From Candidatus Neptunichlamydia sp. (GTDB lineage Bacteria; Chlamydiota; Chlamydiia; Chlamydiales; Simkaniaceae): 64,000 nucleotides of DNA. Made by a program: the position numbers and the translations under genes. A model generated the notes under the pieces. The model ran no database searches and was not told the DNA's origin. It worked only from the letters and a program-made list of their open reading frames with translations. This document shows, one piece after another, positions 10,175 through 19,994 of the stretch; within the stretch, counting starts at the first letter, position 1, and every line of letters starts with the position of its first letter. The stretch is from NCBI GenBank assembly GCA_965233865.1, contig OZ247587.1:1344001-1408000 (forward strand). Reading direction: 5' to 3'.

Positions 10175-11083
10175 ATGGCAGAGATTACCTACAGGGATCG
10201 AAGGACAGGAGAGCTAAGAAAAGAAAAAGTTTATGGTAAGTTTTTTCTTGAAGCTCTCTATGGTAGTAACCTCTTGGCAGAACTTTTTTCGATGCTTTTC
10301 CTCCCCATTATTAGTGCCATTCCATCTTTTTCAAACTTTTATGGAAGAAAGCAAAAATCAAAAAAAAGTCGGCTAAAGATCCTTCCGTTTATTCGAGATT
10401 TTAAAGTGGATGTTAGTGAATTTGCTGATTCTGTTGAAAGCTATGACTCTTTTAATGATTTTTTTATCAGAAAACTCAAACCTGAAGCGCGCCCCATTGA
10501 AAAAGGAGAGAAGGTTGCAGCCCTTCCAGCGGATGGGCGCTACCTTGTTTTTCAAGATGTTTCTAAGGTCGAGGGGTTCTACGTAAAAGATAAGAAGTTT
10601 GACCTGCGCAAGCTTGTTGATGATGAGCTTGTGTTTGAGCTTTATAAACAGGGAAGTATGATGATTGCGCGTTTGTGCCCAACTGACTACCATAGGTTTC
10701 ACTTTCCTTGCGCATGTATTCCGGGTAAATCAAAGTTGATTAAAGGCCCTCTTTTTTCAGTGAACCCTATTGCTCTTTGCAAGCACGTCTCGATCCTCAA
10801 TGAAAATAAAAGAGTGATGACACTGCTTGATGGAGGCTCTTTTGGGCAGATTGCGTACATTGAGGTGGGAGCCACTTGCGTGGGATCCATAAAGCAAACG
10901 TATCAGCCAAGCGATCTATGCGCGAAGGGATCGGAAAAGGGGTACTTTGAGTTCGGGGGATCTTGCTTGATCCTGTTGTTCCAACCGGAAAAAATCCAAT
11001 TTGAGCAAGACCTAATTGATGCTTCAAAAGAGCATGTCGAAACCTACGCTAAGATGGGAGAGTCTTTAGGGCATTGCAAATAG
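10175..11083 (+). CDS. psd: Phosphatidylserine decarboxylase proenzyme
   Basis: SFNDFFIRKLK, RLCPTDYHRFHFP, EVGATCVGSI, and the FEFGGS self-cleavage motif. Confidence 0.96.
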   Translation: MAEITYRDRRTGELRKEKVYGKFFLEALYGSNLLAELFSMLFLPIISAIPSFSNFYGRKQKSKKSRLKILPFIRDFKVDVSEFADSVESYDSFNDFFIRKLKPEARPIEKGEKVAALPADGRYLVFQDVSKVEGFYVKDKKFDLRKLVDDELVFELYKQGSMMIARLCPTDYHRFHFPCACIPGKSKLIKGPLFSVNPIALCKHVSILNENKRVMTLLDGGSFGQIAYIEVGATCVGSIKQTYQPSDLCAKGSEKGYFEFGGSCLILLFQPEKIQFEQDLIDASKEHVETYAKMGESLGHCK

Positions 11084-11678
11084 GGCACTCTTCAACGTGG
11101 TGTCCTTTGGCTGGGCAATACTGCCTTGCATAATAGATGATTTGGAGATGGAGTTTTTCCCAGGTTGTTTTTGGAAAAACTGTTTTAAGATCTTTTTCAG
11201 TTTGTTTCACATTTTTTCCTGAGCTGAGTCCCCAACGCTTCGCACATCGATGGATGTGGGTGTCAACAGGAAATGCAGGTTTTTTTAGGGCTTGAATGGT
11301 GACGACTGATGCGGTTTTATGGCCGACACCGGGAAGCGTTTCAAGTGCTTCTAATGTACGAGGAATCTTCCCCTTATATTCATCGATTAATATTTCAGAT
11401 AGCCTATGAATTGCACGTGCTTTTGTAGGAGCAAGTCCGCAAGGGCGAATAATGGATTCAATCTGTTTGACGGTAAGCTCAACCATTTCATACGGATCGC
11501 TAGCTTTTGCAAACAGTTTCGGGGTAATTTCGTTTACCTTTTTGTCGGTGCATTGTGCAGAAAGGAGAACGGCGATCAAGAGGGTGTAATGATCCTTGTG
11601 TTTAAGGGGAATGGGGGGGCTTGGAAAGAGTTTGTTAAGAATATAGAGGGCAATAGTCGCTCGTTTTTTTTTTATCAT
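11049..11678 (-). CDS. nth: Endonuclease III
   Basis: LLSAQCTD, HhH motif LPGVGHKTA, VDTHIHR, C-terminal Cys cluster. The ATG at 11678 overlaps the mnmE stop. Confidence 0.96.
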   Translation of the reverse strand: MIKKKRATIALYILNKLFPSPPIPLKHKDHYTLLIAVLLSAQCTDKKVNEITPKLFAKASDPYEMVELTVKQIESIIRPCGLAPTKARAIHRLSEILIDEYKGKIPRTLEALETLPGVGHKTASVVTIQALKKPAFPVDTHIHRCAKRWGLSSGKNVKQTEKDLKTVFPKTTWEKLHLQIIYYARQYCPAKGHHVEECPICNALKTLPS

Positions 11679-13036
11679 TTGCCTACACAAAACTTAGAAA
11701 AGATGGCACTGAGCACCTCTTCGGTAATATTCATTCCAATGATAGTTCCAAGTTCTTTTAATGCCAAGCGAATATCGGAGATGAGGAACTCGGGTGAGAG
11801 TTCTGTTTGTAGCCCGCTGAGGACAATTTTTAGTGCTTTAATGGATTCTCCAAGTGCTTGGTGGTGACGCTCACTTGAAATAATGAGTTCTTCTTTAGAA
11901 GGGGGGCTCCCTTGCCAAATTACTTTATGAATCTCTTGTTTGAGGAGTTCAATCCCTGTCCCTTCTTTGGCAGAAACGTCTACTTGGTGGGAATAAGGGA
12001 GACTGAGTTTATTTCCTTCGGCCAAATCAATCTTGTTCCAAATCACGATTGTTCTCTTCTCTGGAAGGGTCATCTCAATATGGGTAGGATGATTGTGATC
12101 ATAAACAAGAAGAATTAAATCGGCCTCCTGAGCAGCTTTTTCAGAGCGGCGCACACCTTCCTTTTCGATCGCTTCGTCGGTGATTCGAATCCCAGCTGTG
12201 TCAATTAGTCTAAAGTGGAGGCCGGCAAGTTGGATCTCTTCTTCCAAAATATCACGTGTTGTGCCGGGGATATTGGTGACAATCGCCCGTTCTTTCCCGC
12301 AAAGAGCATTCATCAAGGATGATTTCCCCACATTGGGAGCCCCAATCAGGCAAAGTGAAAATCCAGATTTTAGGGACTGCCCTTCATGGAACGTGTCATG
12401 TAAAACTGTCATACTTTCGACCAGCCCCTCTAACTGAGAACAAAGCTCTTCCTTCGAAGTAAATTCTAGCCCTTCTTCAGGAAAATCGACCCACGCTTCA
12501 AGGATTGCAGCGATTTCTATAAGCTCTTTTTGATAGATTGAAATTTTCTTGCAAAGCTTACCTTCTAAGTGGTTTTCAGCTGCTTGCCACGCAAGCTCAC
12601 TCTTAGAAGCAATGACCTGTTGCACTGCTTCTGCTTTTGTGAGGTCGATCTTTCCATTTTGAAAGGCTTTGAATGTAAATTCTCCGGGAAGAGCTGCTCG
12701 GGCTCCAGCTTTTAGCGTGGCATCTAAAACCTTGCGCGTAATCAGCGTTCCTCCGTGGCAATGAATTTCCACTGTATCTTCCCCTGTGTAGGAGCGGGGA
12801 TTTTTCATCACAATGGCAAGACCTTCATCAACAATCTCTCCATCCACCCCAATAATCTTTCCACAATGGACGGTGTGACTTTTATACTTATGAATCGGGC
12901 CAGAGAAAATCTGATCTGCAACCGCTAAGGCGTTATCGCCCGCAATGCGAATGACAGCAATGCCTCCTACTCCTGGTGGGGTTGCAACAGCGGCAACGGT
13001 TTGCCCCTTCTCATAACTGCGATGGTTAAATTCCAT
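11675..13036 (-). CDS. mnmE: tRNA modification GTPase MnmE/TrmE
   Basis: ATPPG.GGIAVIR, GAPNVGKSS, PGTTRD, DTAG, NKID, C-terminal FCVGK. Confidence 0.98.
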   Translation of the reverse strand: MEFNHRSYEKGQTVAAVATPPGVGGIAVIRIAGDNALAVADQIFSGPIHKYKSHTVHCGKIIGVDGEIVDEGLAIVMKNPRSYTGEDTVEIHCHGGTLITRKVLDATLKAGARAALPGEFTFKAFQNGKIDLTKAEAVQQVIASKSELAWQAAENHLEGKLCKKISIYQKELIEIAAILEAWVDFPEEGLEFTSKEELCSQLEGLVESMTVLHDTFHEGQSLKSGFSLCLIGAPNVGKSSLMNALCGKERAIVTNIPGTTRDILEEEIQLAGLHFRLIDTAGIRITDEAIEKEGVRRSEKAAQEADLILLVYDHNHPTHIEMTLPEKRTIVIWNKIDLAEGNKLSLPYSHQVDVSAKEGTGIELLKQEIHKVIWQGSPPSKEELIISSERHHQALGESIKALKIVLSGLQTELSPEFLISDIRLALKELGTIIGMNITEEVLSAIFSKFCVGK

Positions 13037-13366
13037 TTTCAAATTAATCCTCAATCTAAGGGAAAGGTTCTATCATAACAAAGGAGCAGCAAAATTTGAA
13101 TATAAATGAAGAATACCCCGCAGGAAGCTGCGTAGCATCTTTATAACCAGCACTGACGTTGTTGCATAAATTCCTCAGAAATCCAATGAATTGAAGAAAT
13201 ATCTTGTGTTAACCTGAGAGTGAATGAAAAGAAGGTGAATGATATAAATTCCTTAGCGGAACTTAGCTTGTAGGAGTAAAGTCATGGCTGTTTTACGTAA
13301 CCGATTCTCCCTTTATCATTTAACTTTTTTCTTTGCAATTTCTCAAAAATCCAAGGGGAATACTGC

Positions 13367-14155
13367 GTGATCAATACAGAACACTTTCCAACAATTGGTA
13401 TGTTTGCTGCTTTAAATTTGACCATAGGGCAAATTCATTTGTATGAAAAGGAAGAGTTGCCTAATTTTCAAGGTTTGAAGGTAGATTTTGGCCATTATGG
13501 GCTCTATTATGAATCTAATCATGGTCCAAATTGGTGGGGCTACTTCTTTGAGCCAATTTCTTTTGGAACCACAACTTTTTCTCCTTTCTATATGTCTTGG
13601 GAGGAGGGATGCGATGCTTTTCGTGCAAAAAGCGCTTTGCCTCGCGAGAAAGCTCTTGCCTTGGTCAAAAAATATATTCGAATTCAACAACATATTCGAA
13701 AAAAGGTAGATTGCTTTGTGAAAGATTATTTTCATGGAGCTTATACAATTGGTGTTCATTACTGAGGCACTGATAAGCACTCGGAAGCACCTCGCGTTGA
13801 TTACAATGTTGTCATTGCTGCCGTAAGGAATCAAATACCTAAAGAGAGGGTATATCAAATTTTTGTTGCTAGTGATGAAAATTCATTTGTAGAAACGATG
13901 CAACAAGAATTTCCTTCTCGAATCGTATCAAGGGATGTACACCGGACTACAGGAGCAGAGGGGGTTCATTTTTCTGAACAAATAGGTGGCTATCAACTAG
14001 GAGAAGAAGCTTTGATTGACTCACTCTTACTTTCAAAATGCAATCTCTTGATTCGTACGAGCTCAAATCTTAGCTTATGGTCTACCTATTTTCAACCTGA
14101 TATTCCTGTCATTTTATTGAGTGAACGTTATCAAAAATGTGCAGAACCCGAATAA
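13367..14155 (+). pseudogene. NodZ/GT23-like fucosyltransferase, disrupted
   Basis: ORFs 13367-13765 and 13898-14155 share a frame. Read through, they give IGVHY*GTDK...IFVASDE...EALIDSLLLSKCNLLIRTSSNLS, so the TGA at 13763 replaces the Arg of the VHxRGTDK motif. Confidence 0.8.
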
Positions 14156-14166
14156 ACAGGATCGGT

Positions 14167-15786
14167 TCATTGAATATGCAATTGATGATCCATCAAAGCG
14201 GCAATTTTCTTTTGATGGGTAATGACAAGGATGGCACGTTCTTTTGCAACAGTAAGGATGTTTTGAATGGTCGCAATTCCCGTTTCTTCATCTAAGCTAG
14301 CTGTTGGTTCATCAAGGATAAGAATAGGACTTTGTTTTAGAAGGACTCTTGCAATGGCTATTCTTTGCTTCTGTCCTCCAGAGAGTTTATCTCCTCTGTC
14401 TCCTACAATTGTATTTAGTCCTAAAGGAAGAGACTGAATAAAGGAATAACAATTAGCAACTTTAAGTGCTTTTAGAACGTCTTCTTCAGAGGCTGAAAGA
14501 TTTCCATACAGCATATTGTCTCTAATAGATCTGTGAAATAGAGAAGGGTTTTGGGGGACAACGGCAAACACATTTCTAACGTCTATCGGAGATAGGGTGT
14601 CGATTGAAGTTCCATCAATCTCTATACTTCCTGCTTTTGCTTGAATATGGGACAATAGAAGATGCATTAAGGTAGTTTTTCCAGAACCTGAAAGTCCTGC
14701 TAATAGCAAGGCTTTTCCCAGGGATTAAGGAAAGCGATAGGTCTTTAATTAAAGGAGTATCGTAATCAAATGACACCTTCTTTAGTGAGAGATACCCTTT
14801 AGGAGTAAAAAATGGTTTTTCGTTTTTTCCTCAGGAGTTCCTGAGAACACTACCTCGAGGTTTTCCTTTGTCCTCCCAAACTCTTCCTTAAAACGGATCA
14901 TCTCCATGCTTAAATACCATAGGAAGCTTGTGAGATTTAATAAAAGCATAATCACAAGAGTCATGGATCTTAAAGAGAGAGCTTCTTTTTTCCATTCTAC
15001 GTAGCTAAAGGTAAGGGTAGTTATGAGCGTTGCAAGACTAGATCCCCCTAAAACCCACCGCACTTTTTCTAGGTAATGTTGGGCTTTCTGGTTTGCCTTT
15101 AGCTCTTTACAAAGATATTTCTTTAAGTAGGTTGATTCATGGGTTTCTCTTGAGAAAGTTTTTACAGCAAAAATATTGAAAAAACTGTCCAAAATGCGTG
15201 CTTGAAGGTTTGAGCGAGCTTCTGCAGAGATTTTGGTTTTTTCTAATGAGTTAATTCCCATTTTCCATGTGACCCAAAGGTGAAAAATCATCCAAAAAAG
15301 AAAGACTCCCCTCAACTTGAGGCTTACAGATGTGATTAGAATTAGGGAAAAAAGGAGATGGGAAAGAATAGGAATAAAAGAAGAGAGGCAGATTGATAAA
15401 AGGGATTCACTTCCCAGAGCAGCCCCTTGGATTTTATCCGCTAGATTTCCCGAAAGGTGACTTTTGAAGAACGAGAGAGAATACCCTTTGACATGATCCG
15501 TAAGCTTTTCATAAAGAGATATCCGAATCGGAGACAAGGTGCGGACAACTAGTGCCCCCTGGATGCGCATACAAATTTCCATGATCCCCCAAAAAATAGC
15601 AATGAGAGCCACAGACTCAAGGATGACTTTAGGAAGGAGGTCTGAAGAGTGGGATGTGTCGATCATTTTTTTGACAAGATAAGGGGTCAAGATATCTCGT
15701 AGGGACAAAAAAAAACCCATGAAGGTAATTAAGAGCAGTCGAGCTTTAAATGGTTTGATTACCGATAAGATAGTAGATTTGAGCAT
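14167..15786 (-). pseudogene. ABC exporter (fused TMD + NBD), two frameshifts
   Basis: TMD ORF 14782-15786 and NBD ORF 14167-14709 (GLSGSGKTT, LSGGQKQR, ILDEPT). The linker GYLSLKKVSFDYDTPLIKDLSLSLIPGK lies in a different frame, implying shifts near 14818 and 14712. Confidence 0.85.
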
Positions 15787-15867
15787 CTGCGCAAGAGATT
15801 TGTTTTGAATAAGAACAGAATAATCATTCTTTCATTTTAAGTACAACCCATTCTATTTTCATATGGC

Positions 15868-16680
15868 ATGAGGTTTATATTTCTAATCACAGGAAAAAAA
15901 GCTCTCCCTTTTGCAAAAAGATGCATCGATTCAATTCTAGGGCAACAAGGAGATTACGCCTTTGATTGGCTCTATGTAGATGATGCTTCCGAGTATTCTG
16001 GGACTGAAAAAGAGTTCTTACTTTCGTTGATGGAAGAGAAAGTCCTATTTTTAACAAAACGTCATTATCAGATCGGTGCGATTCATCAAGGCATCAAAAA
16101 AATACAAGATTCTTATAGCATTGTCTGTTTGGTTGATGGAGATGACTATCTCTTGGGAGATGCATTGAATCATGTTGCAGAGGCTTATAAAAATCCTGAT
16201 GTTGCTATGACATACGGAAATGTTCTCCTAGACTTTCGCCCTTATCAAGATCCTATGTCCCAGTATTTTTCTGACAAAGGAACCATCAATACACAGTATT
16301 CTGATACAACCTGGAGAAGCCAAACATTTCGTGAGGATGGTTTTCGGTGTTTTCATCTTCGCACTTTTCGCCGGTGGCTTTGGGACCTTATTGATCCTAA
16401 GGTTTTTTTTCGAAGAGATGGAACTCCAATCCGCGCATCTGGTGATAGCGCTTTTGTGTATCCCATGTTAGAACTTCTAGGGGATCCAAAACATGTAGCA
16501 TTTATCGACACGCCTCTTTATATCTACCGTATTCATTCGGGGAATGTTCATAATCATGATAAGAAAAGTCAGACCGAAGACTTAGAATATATTCGCTTTG
16601 AACTCCCTTCCTATTCTCCAATGAATCGCTTGAAATTACAGGGGAGACTGAAGCAGAGTGAAGGTCTCATCAAAGGGTAA
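15868..16680 (+). CDS. Glycosyltransferase family 2 (GT-A)
   Basis: RCIDSILGQ, YVDDAS, LVDGDD (DxD), HLRTFR, LYIYRIH. Confidence 0.88.
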   Translation: MRFIFLITGKKALPFAKRCIDSILGQQGDYAFDWLYVDDASEYSGTEKEFLLSLMEEKVLFLTKRHYQIGAIHQGIKKIQDSYSIVCLVDGDDYLLGDALNHVAEAYKNPDVAMTYGNVLLDFRPYQDPMSQYFSDKGTINTQYSDTTWRSQTFREDGFRCFHLRTFRRWLWDLIDPKVFFRRDGTPIRASGDSAFVYPMLELLGDPKHVAFIDTPLYIYRIHSGNVHNHDKKSQTEDLEYIRFELPSYSPMNRLKLQGRLKQSEGLIKG

Positions 16681-16684
16681 AAGC

Positions 16685-18424
16685 ATGTGTGGGATTGGTG
16701 GATTTGTTGGTCAGGAATTTTCTAACAGAGAATTAGCCTCTACCATGCGTCATGTCTGCGAAAAGCTCTCTCTTAGGGGACCTGATGAAAGGGGAGTTTG
16801 CATCAAGCCAGGGGTTGCTCTGGCTTCTACACGCCTAGCAATTCGGGATCCTGAAAAAGGACAGCAACCCCTTCAAAAAGAGGGAATAGTTCTTGTTTTC
16901 AACGGAGAGATTTACAATACCGATGAGCTGCGCAATCGGTGTCAACAGACCTCTTGGAAAACTGAAAGTGACACAGAAGTTGTTTTAGAGATCTATCGAC
17001 ACTTCGGAGAGAACGGATTCCAAATGTTATCGGGGATGTTTTCGTTTGCGATTTGAGACGAAAAGAAAAAACACCTTTACCTTGTTCGAGATCGTTGGGG
17101 TGAGAAACCTCTATATTATACTGACACCAGAGAGAGAATTGCTTTTGCTTCTGAAATAGGAGGATTGATTCCGTGGAAGCATATAAATTGGGAATGGGAT
17201 GAAAAAGACTTATGGACTTTTTTAAAATATAGCTACATCCCTAGCCCCTTTTGTGGATGGAAAAATATTCAAAAGCTCCAACCTGGTTATTATTTGAGGT
17301 GGACACAAGGAGTGACAGAGCTAAGAAGATATTATTTTCCTAAGATTGATTTGAAGCAGCAATCCCCGAAGATTTTATTACAAGCCCTTCGAAACGCAGT
17401 GCGTCAATGCTCTGTATCAGATAAGCCAATTGGAGTGTTTTTAAGTGGAGGTTTGGATTCTTCTACAATTGTTGCACTACTAAAAGAAGTTAAGGAAACT
17501 TTTCCTGTATATTCTATCGATTGGAGGGAAAAAGATTATTCTGAAGGCTTTTACCATCAGGCTTTATGCCAAAGTCTCGATCTTCCTCAAAAAGTCGTTT
17601 ATTGTACGCCTGAGTTCATGGCTCAACACTTTGATCATATCGTTTCCTTGTATGGAGAACCTTTTGGTGATGAATCTATGATTCCTACTCATTGCATTGC
17701 TCGTCAGGCAAAAGAAGAGGTGGATGTTGTCTTAACGGGAGATGGTGCAGATGAATTTTTTCATGGGTATGAGCGCTATTTTTCTAATCATCCTACAGCA
17801 GACTATTCCGATATTTTTGCCCCTATTGATCGCTCTACGTGGGCGCTTATCTTTAAAAAAGAATTCCATTACCAAACGTTTCGATCTTCACCCGATTACT
17901 CGAAAGAATGGGGAATGGAAATGGATAACACACGAAGAGATCGTTCATTAATAGATATTCTTTCTTATTTACCAGACGATATCTTAATGAAAGTAGACCG
18001 TGCTACTATGGGAGTAGGGCTTGAAGCTAGAGCCCCCTTTCTTTTAACAGAGGTTACTGATATCGCTCTTAGTTCTTCTCTGGATCAGTTACAAGAGTTT
18101 TCAAAAGCACGTGGAAAAAAACTTCTAAGAGAAGCAGTAAGCAAGATTATTCCAGAAAGCATTCTTCTACGTAAGAAGCAGGGGTTCGGAGTTCCACTAG
18201 GTAAATGGTTTCAAGATGATCTCCATCTCTGGATGAAAGAACGTCTAATGTACGGGTCGTTAAATCAACTGGGATGGTTTTCAAAAAAAGGGTTAGAGGT
18301 TCTTTGTCAATTCCCTCAAAGATACTCACGTGCTCTTTTTAATCTTTTAGTCTTAGAGTGCTGGATGTGCAGAAATAATCATTTGCAAAATAATCTTTAT
18401 GAGTCCAACATTTCTATGTATTGA
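16685..18424 (+). pseudogene. asnB: AsnB-like glutamine-dependent amidotransferase with an in-frame nonsense codon
   Basis: Ntn start MCGIGG, RGPD, FNGEIYN, then GMFSFAI*DEK (TGA at 17054 where Trp is conserved), RDRWGEKPLYY, LSGGLDSS, TGDGADE, KVDRATM, RKKQGF, all in one frame. Confidence 0.9.
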
Positions 18425-18442
18425 AACCTAAAGGAAATCTCT

Positions 18443-19369
18443 ATGAAAATATTGATTACTGGCTCTGAGGGACTGATCGGGTCTTCCCTGGCTATAGCTC
18501 TTGATCGTTTAGGAATTACCGCTCTCGGGCTTGATAATAAATTAGAGCCGCACCATCCCTGCTATGGGGATATTTTGAATTATGAGCAAGTTTCCGAATC
18601 TATGAATGGCGTTGAAGGGGTTGTTCATCTTGCTGCTGTCTCTCGTGTCATATTTGGAGAAAAAAACCCCAAATTGTGTTGGGATACGAATGTCGAAGGG
18701 ACAAAACATATTCTAGAAGCTGCCCTAGCCTCTCCCAAAAAACCTTGGGTTCTTTATGCGAGTAGTCGAGAGGTCTATGGACAGCAAGAAGAACTTCCTG
18801 TTAAAGAAACAGCTCCCCTTATCCCAGTCAACATTTATGGAGAATCAAAAATAGCTGCGGAGCAAGCTGTAGAAAACGCAGTTAAAGAAGGGACCAAAGC
18901 CTCTGTTGTTCGTTTTTCAAATGTTTTTGGAAGTGTTAACGATCATCATGATCGAGTCATCCCAGCCTTTTGCTTAGCTGCAGCCAATGGGACAAGAATA
19001 AGGATTGATGGAAAAGATAATCTCTTTGATTTCACATATATCGATGACGTAGTACAAGGAATTTTATCCTTTGTGTATCACTTAACTCAGAGAGATGAGC
19101 CTCTTCCTCCCATCCACTTTACTATGGGTCAAGCCACAAGTCTGGGAGAAGCTGCCTTTTATGCACAGCAAGCCAGTAGGCATCCAATAGAAATCATTGA
19201 AGCTCCTTCAAGAAGCTATGATGTAGCCCGTTTTTATGGAGACTCTTCCCGTGCAGAAACCCTTTTGGGTTGGAGACCTTGTGTGGGTGTTCAAGAGGGG
19301 ATACGACGTCTTATTCATCAATACCAACTTGTTTCTCAGGTCGCTCAGATGGAATATGCACACATTTGA
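18443..19369 (+). CDS. NAD-dependent nucleotide-sugar epimerase/dehydratase (extended SDR)
   Basis: ITGSEGLIG, HLAAVS, ASSREVYG, YGESK, RFSNVFG, FDFTYIDD. Confidence 0.92.
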   Translation: MKILITGSEGLIGSSLAIALDRLGITALGLDNKLEPHHPCYGDILNYEQVSESMNGVEGVVHLAAVSRVIFGEKNPKLCWDTNVEGTKHILEAALASPKKPWVLYASSREVYGQQEELPVKETAPLIPVNIYGESKIAAEQAVENAVKEGTKASVVRFSNVFGSVNDHHDRVIPAFCLAAANGTRIRIDGKDNLFDFTYIDDVVQGILSFVYHLTQRDEPLPPIHFTMGQATSLGEAAFYAQQASRHPIEIIEAPSRSYDVARFYGDSSRAETLLGWRPCVGVQEGIRRLIHQYQLVSQVAQMEYAHI

Positions 19370-19994
19370 CCATCTTTTTTTAAGGCATGCGGATCGCCCA
19401 TTGTTTAAGCTAAACTCTTGGGGGCATAACGTTTCCATTACCCACAAAGGAGAACAAGCTTCTCAATCAATGGGGCAGGAGCTAAGGTTCAAAAAATCTA
19501 GCTATTATCTTTGGAGCAGTCCAATCAAAAGGTGTTTGCAAACAGCTGAAGCCATCTGCAGCGGATTGGACTCCAATAAAGATATCAGACAAAGTTCTCT
19601 TCTGGGAGCCCCTGGATTTTTTATTCAAAACCCAGAACAAGCCGCTATTTTCTTTAAAGATTACCGGCTTCCTGAATTGGTTGATCTTTATCTTCAAGAG
19701 AAAAGTCTCCCAGGTTTTTTTTCTTTCAAAGAGGGGGGGGAAAGGATGCTCTTGGCTCTAATAGAGAAAAATGAGGTTCCTTCTATCTGGGTGACCCATG
19801 ATATCTGTGTCGCAATTTTAGCATGTTTTTTGTTTAAGAGGGTATCTTGTGAGGGATTTATTCCTGACTTTTTAGAAGGAATCGTTATTAAAAAAGATGG
19901 CGATAGCTGGTTCGCATCCTATAAAGGTTGCAGTACAAGAATTGAAGAGACTTTATTTAAGGGAAAGGTAGTCTCCAGCCTAAATCCCTCCTGA
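19356..19994 (+). CDS. Histidine phosphatase family protein
   Basis: LRHA, SSPIKRCLQTA, VTHD. Start set at ATG 19356, overlapping the epimerase end. Confidence 0.85.
   Translation: MHTFDHLFLRHADRPLFKLNSWGHNVSITHKGEQASQSMGQELRFKKSSYYLWSSPIKRCLQTAEAICSGLDSNKDIRQSSLLGAPGFFIQNPEQAAIFFKDYRLPELVDLYLQEKSLPGFFSFKEGGERMLLALIEKNEVPSIWVTHDICVAILACFLFKRVSCEGFIPDFLEGIVIKKDGDSWFASYKGCSTRIEETLFKGKVVSSLNPS

Noticed and set aside
13763..17056. TGA recoding (genetic code 4/25 or selenocysteine) to explain in-frame TGAs
   Set aside because: The two TGAs replace different residues (Arg and Trp), other lesions are TAA, and TGA ends core genes such as rpsB, frr, purB and mnmE at the expected positions.
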